Positions 48,941-58,323 of a DNA stretch of 64,000 bases are shown piece by piece. A program made the translations under genes and the position numbers. The notes beneath the pieces were generated by a model. That model had not been told where the DNA came from, ran no database searches, and saw only the letters and a program-made list of their open reading frames with translations. Each line of letters opens with the position of its first letter. Position 1 is the first letter of the stretch. The stretch covers positions 2,440-66,439 of the forward strand of contig JAUNBP010000004.1 of the NCBI GenBank assembly GCA_030526995.1, given 5' to 3'. Origin of the DNA: Clostridia bacterium. GTDB lineage: Bacteria; Bacillota; Clostridia; Christensenellales; CAG-138.

Positions 48941-49625
48941 CGCTCTCACCGCCCTTAAAGCGGCACAAAGCGGGGACAGCGACGCCGAGCAGGCCTTTGT
49001 TGCGGAGAACCTCCCCCTCGTTCATTCGGTATGCAAGCGCTTTTTGCACCGAGGGGTCGAATACGAGGATCTCGTGCAATTGGGCTCCATAGGGCTTATA
49101 AAGGCAATCCGCAGGTTTGACGCCTCCTTCAACGTGTGCTTTTCAACCTATGCCGTGCCGCTGATTGCGGGCGAAATCAAGCGCTTCTTGCGCGACGACG
49201 GCATGATAAAGTTTTCGAGGGGGGCTAAGACGCTTGCCTATCGAATCGATAAGCTCTGCGAGGAGAACGGGAACATGAGCGTGGAGGAACTTGCTGCCGC
49301 CCTAAAGGTTAGCAAGGAGGAGGTTGCAATTGCCATTGCAAGCCGAAACTCTGCCCTGTCCTTGGACGGGGCTGCCACCGATGAGGGAGCAACGCTGCTC
49401 GACTTTTTCGGCTCCTCCTCCTTCGAGGAGGAAGCGCAGGACAGGCTTTTTATAGAACAGCTCCTGTCCTCCTTGCAGCCTCGGGAAAGGCTGATTGTGC
49501 AGCTTCGCTTCTTTCAAAACAAGACCCAGACTCAGGTTGCCGAAAGGCTCAACATTTCCCAAGTTCAGGTCTCCAGATTGGAAAGAAAAATCCTGCTCTC
49601 ACTTCGAAAGCAGGCAAGCGGTTAA
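48933..49625 (+). CDS. sigF: Sporulation sigma factor F
   Basis: It has sigma-70 regions 2-4 (DLVQLGSIGLIKAIRRFD; ISQVQVSRLERK) and sits third in the spoIIA operon. Confidence 0.85.
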   Translation: MPDALTALKAAQSGDSDAEQAFVAENLPLVHSVCKRFLHRGVEYEDLVQLGSIGLIKAIRRFDASFNVCFSTYAVPLIAGEIKRFLRDDGMIKFSRGAKTLAYRIDKLCEENGNMSVEELAAALKVSKEEVAIAIASRNSALSLDGAATDEGATLLDFFGSSSFEEEAQDRLFIEQLLSSLQPRERLIVQLRFFQNKTQTQVAERLNISQVQVSRLERKILLSLRKQASG

Positions 49626-50296
49626 TCCTTTTTTTTCGGCTCCTTCAGCTCCTTTTCCTCGCCCCGAACGAGCCGCTTGATGTTCGGAATATGCCTTAAA
49701 AGCACGAGGATGCTCACCGCCACCACAAAGTATATCAGGTAGGGATACTCTATCTTGAATTGCGGCGCCATTATCAATAGTCCGGTGAACATGGGAAACA
49801 GCACGGCTCCCATTACCGAGACGAACGAAACACGCCTTGAAAACAGGAGTATGATAAGCCCGCATACCGTCGTAAACGCTGCCGAAAGCGGACAAATCAT
49901 CCACATATATGCCAGTGCGCTTGCGGCTCCCTTGCCGCCCTTGAATCCGAAAAACGCCGGAAAGCAATGTCCTATCACGACCATGAGCCCTGCAATGTAG
50001 CCGCCCATCATCAATGCGTCCTCGGGGTTGACGTTGAGCTGCAAAAGCGAGCCTATCCACTGCCCCAAAAGCACGGCGCCCACGCATTTTATCGCATCGC
50101 CCACAAAGGTCAAAAGCCCGAACAACTTGCCGTACACCCGAAGCATATTCGTGCTTCCCGCATTGCCGCTGCCGTGCCGCCTTATGTCGTCCTTGAAATA
50201 GATTTTGGATATTATGACCGCAATTTGGAGATTGCCGAACAGATAACCCATCGCAGCAACCGCCAATATCGCCCATATGTTCCAATCTCCAATCAT
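49622..50296 (-). CDS. plsY: Glycerol-3-phosphate acyltransferase PlsY
   Basis: It has the motifs GSGNAGSTN and FKGGKGAA and is a polytopic membrane protein. It is paired with der as usual. Confidence 0.85.
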   Translation of the reverse strand: MIGDWNIWAILAVAAMGYLFGNLQIAVIISKIYFKDDIRRHGSGNAGSTNMLRVYGKLFGLLTFVGDAIKCVGAVLLGQWIGSLLQLNVNPEDALMMGGYIAGLMVVIGHCFPAFFGFKGGKGAASALAYMWMICPLSAAFTTVCGLIILLFSRRVSFVSVMGAVLFPMFTGLLIMAPQFKIEYPYLIYFVVAVSILVLLRHIPNIKRLVRGEEKELKEPKKKD

Positions 50297-50297
50297 G

Positions 50298-51620
50298 CTA
50301 CCCCTCGTCTCTGACCTTATTTCTGAACAAAAGCAGTATCGGCGTTCCCCTAAAGCCGAAGGTCTTTCTAAAATAGTTCTCCAAGTAACGCTTATAAGAG
50401 AAGTGAACGAGCGTGTCGTTGTTTACAAACAGCACAAAGGTCGGCGGCTGCACCGCAACTTGGGTTGCATAATACAGCCTCAAACGCCTTCCGTTATGCG
50501 CCGGCGGCTCGACCATGATAATGGCCTCGTTCAGCGCATCGTTTAGGGCGCCTGTCGTCACCCGCTTTTTCGACTCCTCGTAGACCTCCCTCACCTGCTC
50601 CAATACCTTATGCACCCGCTGCCCGCTTTTTGCAGATATGAACAGAAAAGGGGCATAATCCATGAACGCAAGATCCGTTATCATGGCCTTTTTGAACTTT
50701 TCCATGGTGTGGGTGTCCTTTTCAATCAAATCCCACTTGTTGACAATTATAACGCTCGCCTTGCCCTCCTCGTGGGCATAGCCCGCTATCTTTACGTCCT
50801 GCTCGCTAAGGCCCTGCTCGGCGTCGCAGACTATCAAAACGACGTCCGCCCTGCGCACCGCCGCAAGCGAACGAATGACGCTGTAACGCTCTATGCTCGC
50901 ATCCTCGATTGCACGCTTTCTGCGGATGCCGGCGGTGTCCACTATCACATACCTTTGACCGTCTCTTTCAAACGGGCTGTCTATGGCGTCCCTCGTGGTG
51001 CCTGCAATCTCGCTTACAATCGACCTCTCCTCGCCCAAGAGGGCGTTTACAAGGCTCGACTTGCCTACGTTGGGCTTGCCCACGACCGCAATGTTTATGC
51101 GCTCGTCCTCGCCCTCGTCCTCGGCTTTGGGAAAGTTTTTGCAGACCTCGTCGAGCAAGTCGCCTATGCCTATGCCCTGCTCGCCCGAAACTATCAAGGG
51201 CTCGCCCAAGCCCAGCTCATAAAACTCGAATATGGCATCGTTGAATTTAGGAGCGTCGAGCTTGTTGACCGCAAGCACTATCGCCTTTTTGCTCTGCCTA
51301 AGCTGTTCTGCAACCTCCCTGTCGGCGCTCGTAAGCCCCTCCCTGCCATCGACCAAAAAGACTATGACATCGGCCGTATCTATCGCAAGCTCCGCCTGCC
51401 TTCGCATCTGCACCGCAATCGTATCAAGGCTTGCGGGCTCTATGCCGCCCGTGTCTATCAGGGTGAACTTATAATCGAGCCACTCGGCATCACAATAGAG
51501 CCTGTCTCGGGTCACGCCCGGCGTGTCCTCGACTATTGCAAGTCTTCTTCCCACCAATCGGTTGAACAGGGTCGATTTTCCCACATTGGGTCTGCCCACT
51601 ATCGCTACTAACGGTTTCAT
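50298..51620 (-). CDS. der: Ribosome-associated GTPase Der (EngA)
   Basis: It has two tandem G domains (GRPNVGKST; GKPNVGKSS) and a KH-like C-terminus. Confidence 0.9.
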   Translation of the reverse strand: MKPLVAIVGRPNVGKSTLFNRLVGRRLAIVEDTPGVTRDRLYCDAEWLDYKFTLIDTGGIEPASLDTIAVQMRRQAELAIDTADVIVFLVDGREGLTSADREVAEQLRQSKKAIVLAVNKLDAPKFNDAIFEFYELGLGEPLIVSGEQGIGIGDLLDEVCKNFPKAEDEGEDERINIAVVGKPNVGKSSLVNALLGEERSIVSEIAGTTRDAIDSPFERDGQRYVIVDTAGIRRKRAIEDASIERYSVIRSLAAVRRADVVLIVCDAEQGLSEQDVKIAGYAHEEGKASVIIVNKWDLIEKDTHTMEKFKKAMITDLAFMDYAPFLFISAKSGQRVHKVLEQVREVYEESKKRVTTGALNDALNEAIIMVEPPAHNGRRLRLYYATQVAVQPPTFVLFVNNDTLVHFSYKRYLENYFRKTFGFRGTPILLLFRNKVRDEG

Positions 51621-51720
51621 AAATTCTCCTTATCCTCACTCCGCCTGCGCCCATAAACGGCGCAGCCGAGCGCAGCCTTCCTTGATTAACATCTTATCAC
51701 AAATGAACCGTTTTGTAAAA

Positions 51721-53628
51721 CTATTCCACAACCGACCAAGTCGTGTAGGTTTGCGGGCTGTAGGCTCCGGTGTTGCCGAGATAATACGCCAAAAAGCCCG
51801 CCGCCCTTATGCGGTAGGGCAAAGACAAGGTCTCAAGCCCCGAAAGCTCAAACTCTATCGTCCTGTCCGCCCAAGTGCCCATGTCCTCTTCGAGGTATGC
51901 CGAAAGCAGGCTGCCGCCCTCGCCCTTTTCGGCAACTATGACCGTGAAAACCTCGTTATCGCCAATCTCGACCCCGTAGGTATGCTCCATGTACACCACC
52001 CGCTCGCCCTCGGTTTCCTTGGGGTTGAGCCGATAGTTTATTCCGTAAACCGAATATACAGCCTCGTCCCCCTCTATGTTTACGGCATAGGCTTCAAGCC
52101 ATGCCCTAAGCTCCCTGCCCGTTAGGAGCGTAAGCGTAATGCTTGGGTTGTCTATCTCAAAGCCGTATATATCTCGAACGGTGAGTGCGCCCGAGTGCAG
52201 CGTTTCGGTTAGATTAAGGTAGGGATAGGCTATTGAAATTATCTCCGAAGGGAGGTCCGAAAGGTTTTCATCCCGCCACTGTTCGACCGCCCAAATGTGG
52301 CTTTTGTGAAGCAAGGTCATCCAATCGGAGGGGATGAGCTGATTGTAAATCGGAGGAATGGAGCTTTGGAGCATTCCGAGCCTCGTGCTACCTATGTCCG
52401 AAAACTGCTCTGCAATGGGCGAGAGCTTTTGATAGAGCGGATAGTTGGGGTCTATTTCCATGGTATCTATACAGCCTATCGAACATATCGCATAGCCGTC
52501 TATGGTGTGATAGCTTATCTCGGCGTGGCAGACGGTCTGCACCTCGGCTCCGGTGCCTATGACGGCAACCTCCATGCCCCTGTTGTTCTCGATTGCGACC
52601 TGATGGTCCAAGATTGAATGCCCGCAGATTACGAGGTCTATGCTGCCGGTGTTTTCAACGAGGGCTCTGACGCTCGAATCGTAGTCCCCGCCCACGAGCG
52701 CATCCGCCTCAACCGCACTGTGCGCAAGCACTATGATAAAATCGCAGTTGGCTGTAAGCTCCTGCTCGTAATAGCGGTACATGTCGAGCATTGAGCGGAT
52801 TTCAACCCCGCCCACTCCGTAAAACTCGTCGGAGTATTCCAAGTTGGAATCCGAAAGTCCGATAACGCCCACCCTTACGCTCTCCCCAAAGCTGTTTTGA
52901 AACTCCTTTATAATGTAGGGCGAGCAGTCGTTCCACGGCGCATTTTCAGCCTCCGCCGTCGTTGCGTCGTTTTTGATGTAGTTTGCCGTAATAACCGATA
53001 TGCCCGAGGCCTTTAGAGCGTCAACCTGCGTTCTGAGCTTCTGCAAGCCCTGTGAAAAGTCCTCGTTTCCGAGCAGCACTGCGTCGTAGTCCATATCCGT
53101 AAACACGGTCGTCATTGGATATAGCTCCGAATCGGAGCTTATAAAGTTGCTTCCGAAAAAGCCGTTGCCGCCATCCAAGATTAGGTTGTTCTCGGTGTTT
53201 GCCCGCACCAAGTCGATGTAAGCCGCCGTGTGCAAGGCGCTGCCGGTGAGCTCCCCCGTTATTGTGTCGTAGGGCCATGCCTCGCCCTCCATATCGGCGG
53301 TGACTATGACCGTAAAGTTTACAACGCAGGGGCCGATTACCTTTTGCACCTTTGCCAAGTATCTGAGAATCACCGAGGCGTCGTTGGAGGAGATGTCCCC
53401 GTTGCCGTCCACATCGGCAAGCGCAAGCTGTTCGGGAGACAGGGTCTCCAGCTTTACAAGGTGGCGCAAAAGCAGCGCCGCATCGGCTGCATCCAGCTCG
53501 CCGTTGCCGTTCAAATCGCCCATGTTCGAACGGGCATATGCAAAACTGCCCGCGCTCACAAAGAGCAGCGCGAGCAGTGCAATAATTATTCCGCTTGCAA
53601 TTAACTTTCTGCGCAAGCCGTCCTCCAA
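51721..53628 (-). CDS. Secreted dockerin-containing metallophosphoesterase / 5'-nucleotidase-like protein
   Basis: A signal peptide is followed by dockerin Ca-binding duplicates (DLNGNGELDAADAALLLRHL; DVDGNGDISSNDASVILRYL). It then has calcineurin-like motifs (ICGHS) and a C-terminal 5'-nucleotidase-like region. Confidence 0.65.
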   Translation of the reverse strand: MEDGLRRKLIASGIIIALLALLFVSAGSFAYARSNMGDLNGNGELDAADAALLLRHLVKLETLSPEQLALADVDGNGDISSNDASVILRYLAKVQKVIGPCVVNFTVIVTADMEGEAWPYDTITGELTGSALHTAAYIDLVRANTENNLILDGGNGFFGSNFISSDSELYPMTTVFTDMDYDAVLLGNEDFSQGLQKLRTQVDALKASGISVITANYIKNDATTAEAENAPWNDCSPYIIKEFQNSFGESVRVGVIGLSDSNLEYSDEFYGVGGVEIRSMLDMYRYYEQELTANCDFIIVLAHSAVEADALVGGDYDSSVRALVENTGSIDLVICGHSILDHQVAIENNRGMEVAVIGTGAEVQTVCHAEISYHTIDGYAICSIGCIDTMEIDPNYPLYQKLSPIAEQFSDIGSTRLGMLQSSIPPIYNQLIPSDWMTLLHKSHIWAVEQWRDENLSDLPSEIISIAYPYLNLTETLHSGALTVRDIYGFEIDNPSITLTLLTGRELRAWLEAYAVNIEGDEAVYSVYGINYRLNPKETEGERVVYMEHTYGVEIGDNEVFTVIVAEKGEGGSLLSAYLEEDMGTWADRTIEFELSGLETLSLPYRIRAAGFLAYYLGNTGAYSPQTYTTWSVVE

Positions 53629-55724
53629 GGTTTAATAGGTATGCTGAGCCACCCCGGGGTCCATGAGTTTTTAATCGTCATCGTGGCAGTCATATCGGGT
53701 ATGGCGTTGTAATTTACGGAATCGCCCAAGAACTTTGCGGTGACGATATAGGTTCCCTGTGCGCTCTGAGCTGTAAACGGAAGGTCTCCGAGCCAATAGG
53801 AAACGCTGACGTCCTCGGGCAGCGTGCCCTGTATCTCAATCGAGAAGTATTGAAGCTGATTCTCGTTATTCTGTTCAAACTCCCCGTTCGGGAAGGTGAT
53901 GCCCGACATATCGTAGGTCGCCTTCGCTATCGTAAGCGTTCCGGTTACGTTGTCGCCCGTAAGCTCGTAGCCGCTGTTGGTGAGGCTTATTTCGTATGTA
54001 TAGGTGCCCGCATTCTGGGGCGTTACCTCCAAGCCGCCGCTTAGGTACTTTACCTCAAAGCCCACGCCCTCCACCGACGGGGTGGCGGTTATCGCCTTGC
54101 TCTCGCCGTCATAGGTCTGGGTGAGACCGCTTACGGTGAAGCTCACCTTGAGCTTGCTTATCGTAAGCGTTGCGGTCATATCGGGTATAGCGTTGAAATT
54201 ATCCGCATCGCCTGCAAACTTGGCGGTAATCTCGTATTCGCCCAAGTCGCTTGTTCCGCTGAACGCCTCATCGTTGTACCAATAGGAGACCGTGACGCCC
54301 TCGGGCAGCGTGCCGGAAATCGTTAGAGTGCGGACTGTGGGGTTTTGCGGGTCGCGCTCAAAGGCTGCATTTTCAAAGCTCACGCCCGTCATATCGTAGG
54401 TCGCCTTCTCTATCGTGAGCGTTCCCGTCACGTTGTCGCCCGCCGCCTTGTAGCCTGCGGTCGTGACGATGATGTCATAGCGGTAGGCTCCGGCATTTAT
54501 GGGCGTTGCCGCAGCGCCGTTTTGCGTGTACTCAATCCGATATTCCACTGCCGCATCGGTGGCGGCGACGATACCCTTTTCGGTGCCGTCATAGGTGTGG
54601 GTGAGGCCTTCTACGGTGAACCCAACCTCGATTAGGTCGGCCTCCTCTATCGTGAGTACCGCATTCATATCGCCAATCTCATTGTAGTTGTCATAATCGC
54701 CCGCAAACTTGGCGGTGACCATGTATCTGCCAAGCTCCCGCTGCGGGGTGAACTCCGTTTCACCGAGCCAGTAGGAGACCGTGACGCCCTCGGGCAGCGT
54801 GCCCGAAATTTCAATCGAGTAGGTCTCGTTTGGGTCTTGGAGGTTTTGCACATAGGTGGCGTCCGAGAAGGTCACGCCCGTCATATCGTAGGTCGCCTTC
54901 TCTATCGTGAGCGTGCCGCTAAGGTTGGTTCCGCTCGCTATGTAGGTCGAATGATCTATGCTTATCTGATAGTCGTAAACGCCTGCCGCAATCGGGGTTT
55001 TAACCTCGCCGTTTTGCGAGTAGACAATGCTAAACGGAGCGTCGGCAACCGAGGGAACCGCTGTTATGCTCTTTTGCGTGCCGTCGTAGGTCTGAACCGT
55101 ATCGGAAACTTCAAACGTCACCGCAACCGTGCCTACGGGTACCACCGGACAGTTGGGGAGCTGCTCTTGAAGCCCTACCCAATCTTCCTCTGAATCTGCG
55201 GGATAGTAGATGACGGTTCCGTCGGGGATGCCCGCTTCGACTATTCCGTCGATAAGCCCGCACTCAAAGGTTATTGAATTTAGCTCCAAGCCCTCGAATG
55301 CGCCTGCCTTAATCGACACCACCGGATGTCCGGTGAGCGTTTCGGGAATCACAATGTCCTTTGCTTCGCCGTTATAGCCGGTAATCTCCGCCTCGTTGGC
55401 TTCGGGGATGAAGGAGAAGTCCTCGGACTCCTGCTCGAACACGAGTTCAACCTTGTCGTTGAGCTGGACGATGAATCTAAGCACATGCGCAGCGTCCGCA
55501 GCCGCTATGCTTCCGTCATGGTCCAAATCGCCCAAGACCTCCTGCGTGTAATCGAATTCATCAATCTGAACAACATCTCTTAAAATCAGGGCGGCGTCGT
55601 TTGCCGTAACCTCGTTGTTGCCGTCCGTGTCGCCCATGATGCCCGTCACCGCCATGCCTACGCTAAGCGGCAGCATTATAAGTACGAGTCCTAAGAACAA
55701 TATCAGCCATCTTTTAATATTCAT
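53601..55724 (-). CDS. Secreted dockerin + leucine-rich-repeat + tandem Ig-like (MBG-type) repeat protein
   Basis: A signal peptide is followed by a dockerin pair (GDTDGNNEVTANDAALILR; GDLDHDGSIAAADAAHVLRF) and a BspA-like LRR segment. Three units of about 160 aa follow, each containing ...TYDG..K...GTLTIEKATYDM...GTLPEGVTVSYW... Confidence 0.65.
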   Translation of the reverse strand: MNIKRWLILFLGLVLIMLPLSVGMAVTGIMGDTDGNNEVTANDAALILRDVVQIDEFDYTQEVLGDLDHDGSIAAADAAHVLRFIVQLNDKVELVFEQESEDFSFIPEANEAEITGYNGEAKDIVIPETLTGHPVVSIKAGAFEGLELNSITFECGLIDGIVEAGIPDGTVIYYPADSEEDWVGLQEQLPNCPVVPVGTVAVTFEVSDTVQTYDGTQKSITAVPSVADAPFSIVYSQNGEVKTPIAAGVYDYQISIDHSTYIASGTNLSGTLTIEKATYDMTGVTFSDATYVQNLQDPNETYSIEISGTLPEGVTVSYWLGETEFTPQRELGRYMVTAKFAGDYDNYNEIGDMNAVLTIEEADLIEVGFTVEGLTHTYDGTEKGIVAATDAAVEYRIEYTQNGAAATPINAGAYRYDIIVTTAGYKAAGDNVTGTLTIEKATYDMTGVSFENAAFERDPQNPTVRTLTISGTLPEGVTVSYWYNDEAFSGTSDLGEYEITAKFAGDADNFNAIPDMTATLTISKLKVSFTVSGLTQTYDGESKAITATPSVEGVGFEVKYLSGGLEVTPQNAGTYTYEISLTNSGYELTGDNVTGTLTIAKATYDMSGITFPNGEFEQNNENQLQYFSIEIQGTLPEDVSVSYWLGDLPFTAQSAQGTYIVTAKFLGDSVNYNAIPDMTATMTIKNSWTPGWLSIPIKPWRTACAES
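53657..55133 (-). repeat. Three tandem in-frame coding repeats of about 480 nt
   Basis: Protein-level repeats are visible in the 707-aa ORF: TLTIEKATYDMTGV occurs twice, TLTIAKATYDMSGI once, and AKFAGD/AKFLGD follows each. Confidence 0.7.
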
Positions 55725-55831
55725 TGTATTTCCTCCGAAAGTTTCTATACCTTATTATAAACGCTCCTGCGCCCTATTGCAAGCCCAAAAGCAAAACAGC
55801 CCCGCTTTTTTTATGCGAGGCTGTTGGAGAA

Positions 55832-56443
55832 TTATGACAGTTTTTCGGGTTCTCCGTACTCAATTCCGAAGGTTTCCACCCGAATGCTCTCAATCACCTG
55901 ATCGGTTAGAGGCTTGTCATTCGAATCGGTTTCCACCGCAGCTATCGCATCGACTACCTCGATACCCGAGGTCACCACGCCAAAGGCGGCATACTGCTTG
56001 TCCAAGAAGGTGGAGTCCGCATGGCAGATAAAGAACTGGCTGCCTGCCGAATCGTATGATGCGCTCCTTGCCATCGAAAGAACTCCCCTTACATGGGAGA
56101 TGCTGTTGTCAACACCGTTGTCCATGAACTCTCCCTTAATGGTGTACCCGGGACCGCTGTAACCCGTTCCGTCGGGGCAGCCGCCCTGAATCATAAAGCC
56201 CGAGATGACCCTGTGGAAAATCAAGCCGTCATAGTAGCCGCTGTTGGCAAGCGAAATGAAGTTCTTGACCGATTCCGGAGCCTGGTCCGGATAAAGTTCA
56301 AGGGTGATGACTCCGCCGTCCGCCATCGTTATCGTGGCTACGGGGTTTTGGGATTGATCCGACACAGCTTCTTCCTCCTCCTTATTGCAGCCTACCGCCG
56401 TTAAAAGCAGTATTGCGAAGATTAAACATAAAGCTCTTTTCAT
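55832..56443 (-). CDS. Cyclophilin-type peptidyl-prolyl isomerase lipoprotein
   Basis: It has a lipobox (LLTAVGC) and a cyclophilin core (FHRVISGFMIQGGCP). Confidence 0.85.
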   Translation of the reverse strand: MKRALCLIFAILLLTAVGCNKEEEEAVSDQSQNPVATITMADGGVITLELYPDQAPESVKNFISLANSGYYDGLIFHRVISGFMIQGGCPDGTGYSGPGYTIKGEFMDNGVDNSISHVRGVLSMARSASYDSAGSQFFICHADSTFLDKQYAAFGVVTSGIEVVDAIAAVETDSNDKPLTDQVIESIRVETFGIEYGEPEKLS

Positions 56444-56459
56444 ACAGCCTTATCTCCGC

Positions 56460-57371
56460 TTACTCGATTCCGGTAAGCTCGATTCCGATTTCCTTTGCGT
56501 ATATCTTTAGGAAATTCTCGACAATCGGGGAGCGGAATTTCTTTTTGAGCGTTAAAATCCACAGCGTCGGCATCGGTGCAAGCTTCTCCTCGAGCGGAGT
56601 GTAGGCAAGGTTGGTGTAGCCCTGCTCGGCTATCGTGCCCTCGGGGACTATCGCAACGCCTACGCCGTCGGCGGCTGCCTGCAAGGTGGTCTTGGTGCTG
56701 TTGTTGCAGATGCAGCGGAAATGCGGGTTGACGCCCGCCCGCCTTATCAGGGTGCGGAGCTGTGCCGAGCCCTCGTTTATCATTACCAAGGGAACCTCGG
56801 AAAGCTCCTTGGCGCCTGCTTCCTTGTTCTTAAATGCCTTCTCGTACTCGGAGCCCTTAAGATAGGCGGCAACCATGCGATTGCGGTTTTGGTAAACCAC
56901 TTCGCAGTGTTCGCCCGGCTCACTCGTGCTGCGGATGAAGGTTGCCTCCACCTCGCCGGTGAGCATGGCGCGCTGCAAAACGTCGTTCGTAGCCTCGGTT
57001 ACCCTGATGTCGACCCCGTCATACTCCTTGGCAAACATTCCCAAGGCACGGTACAGGGTGGGGTTGATCTCCGAATGCCCAACGCCTATTCTCAAGGTGC
57101 CGCTGACGCCCGCAAAGCTGCTGGCAATCTCGTTCTTGGCCTCGTTCTCCATCTCGATGATGGCCTTTGCCTTATTGTACAAAACTCTGCCCGAATCGGT
57201 GAGTTCCAACCTGCGGGCACCCCTATAGAACAGTCTCGTTCCGTAGATTTGCTCGAGCGTTTTAATCTGGTTGCTGAGCGCCGGCTGAGCGATGCGCAGC
57301 TTTCTTGAGGCTGCAGTCAGGCTTCCTGATTCCACGATAGCTACATAATTGTAATAATACTTTATGTTCAT
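56460..57371 (-). CDS. LysR-family transcriptional regulator
   Basis: It has an N-terminal wHTH (GSLTAASRKLRIAQPALSNQIKTLE) and a C-terminal substrate-binding domain. Confidence 0.8.
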   Translation of the reverse strand: MNIKYYYNYVAIVESGSLTAASRKLRIAQPALSNQIKTLEQIYGTRLFYRGARRLELTDSGRVLYNKAKAIIEMENEAKNEIASSFAGVSGTLRIGVGHSEINPTLYRALGMFAKEYDGVDIRVTEATNDVLQRAMLTGEVEATFIRSTSEPGEHCEVVYQNRNRMVAAYLKGSEYEKAFKNKEAGAKELSEVPLVMINEGSAQLRTLIRRAGVNPHFRCICNNSTKTTLQAAADGVGVAIVPEGTIAEQGYTNLAYTPLEEKLAPMPTLWILTLKKKFRSPIVENFLKIYAKEIGIELTGIE

Positions 57372-57538
57372 TCTTTTTCTCCTTGCTTTAATTTCTACTA
57401 ATTATAACGAGTCCGCTATAAAATAATCAATAGCTTAGACGAAAGTTCACAACTTTATCATTATTTCTCCGCTTTTTAGGAACATATTGCGCCGAAATTC
57501 TCCTTGTCAAGCGATTAGTCATTGGATATAATGGGCTC

Positions 57539-58303
57539 ATGAACAATTTGTTGGACTCGATTACAGGTTTTAACCCGCTCTCGTACAGCGCCTTTTCCAT
57601 TTACGGCGTGATAGCCGTATATGTGGCTGCGCTGATTCTCTGTATTAAAAAGAAGCAGGAATGGATGCGCATCCTTCCCTGCATGATATTCTCATTTCTC
57701 GGGCTCATCCTCGGCGCAAAGCTGTTCGGCGCCATCTCCTACGCTCCCTACTATTACAAATATGTGGGCAGCGACTTTTGGGATATGGTTTCCAAGTCCG
57801 GCATCGTATTCTACGGTGGGCTGATTGGCTATCTCCTGTCCCTTGCCCTGCTGCTGCCCCGCCTCGTCAAGCCCGATTGCAGAACCGCCTTTGATATCAC
57901 TGCCGTTACCATTCCCCTGTTTCACTGCATCGCAAGGGTCGGCTGCTTTTTCGGCGGCTGCTGCTACGGGCTGCCCTACGACGGTGCGCTCTGCGTTAGG
58001 GTAATTTCCCACGGGGTTGAATCGACCCACTTTCCCATCATGCTTGTGGAGTCGGGCTTTAACCTCCTGCTGTTTATCGCCCTTCTAATCCTGCTTTTCA
58101 AATCCAAACGGCTCTTGGGCAAGCTCACCTACGTCTATCTGCTGTTCTACTCCGTATTTCGGTTTATCATAGAGTTTTTCCGAGGCGATGAGATGCGGGG
58201 CGTGTTCGGGCCGTTCTCGTTTTCGCAGTATATCAGCCTTGGAATTTTAGTCTTTCTTGTAATAAAATATGCCCGCCAAAGAAGGAATGCTTCCATCACT
58301 TAG
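57539..58303 (+). CDS. lgt: Prolipoprotein diacylglyceryl transferase family protein
   Basis: It is a polytopic membrane protein with an ARVGCFFGGCCYG motif typical of clostridial Lgt-like proteins. Confidence 0.6.
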   Translation: MNNLLDSITGFNPLSYSAFSIYGVIAVYVAALILCIKKKQEWMRILPCMIFSFLGLILGAKLFGAISYAPYYYKYVGSDFWDMVSKSGIVFYGGLIGYLLSLALLLPRLVKPDCRTAFDITAVTIPLFHCIARVGCFFGGCCYGLPYDGALCVRVISHGVESTHFPIMLVESGFNLLLFIALLILLFKSKRLLGKLTYVYLLFYSVFRFIIEFFRGDEMRGVFGPFSFSQYISLGILVFLVIKYARQRRNASIT

Positions 58304-58323
58304 CGGGCATTCTCATTAAGCCC

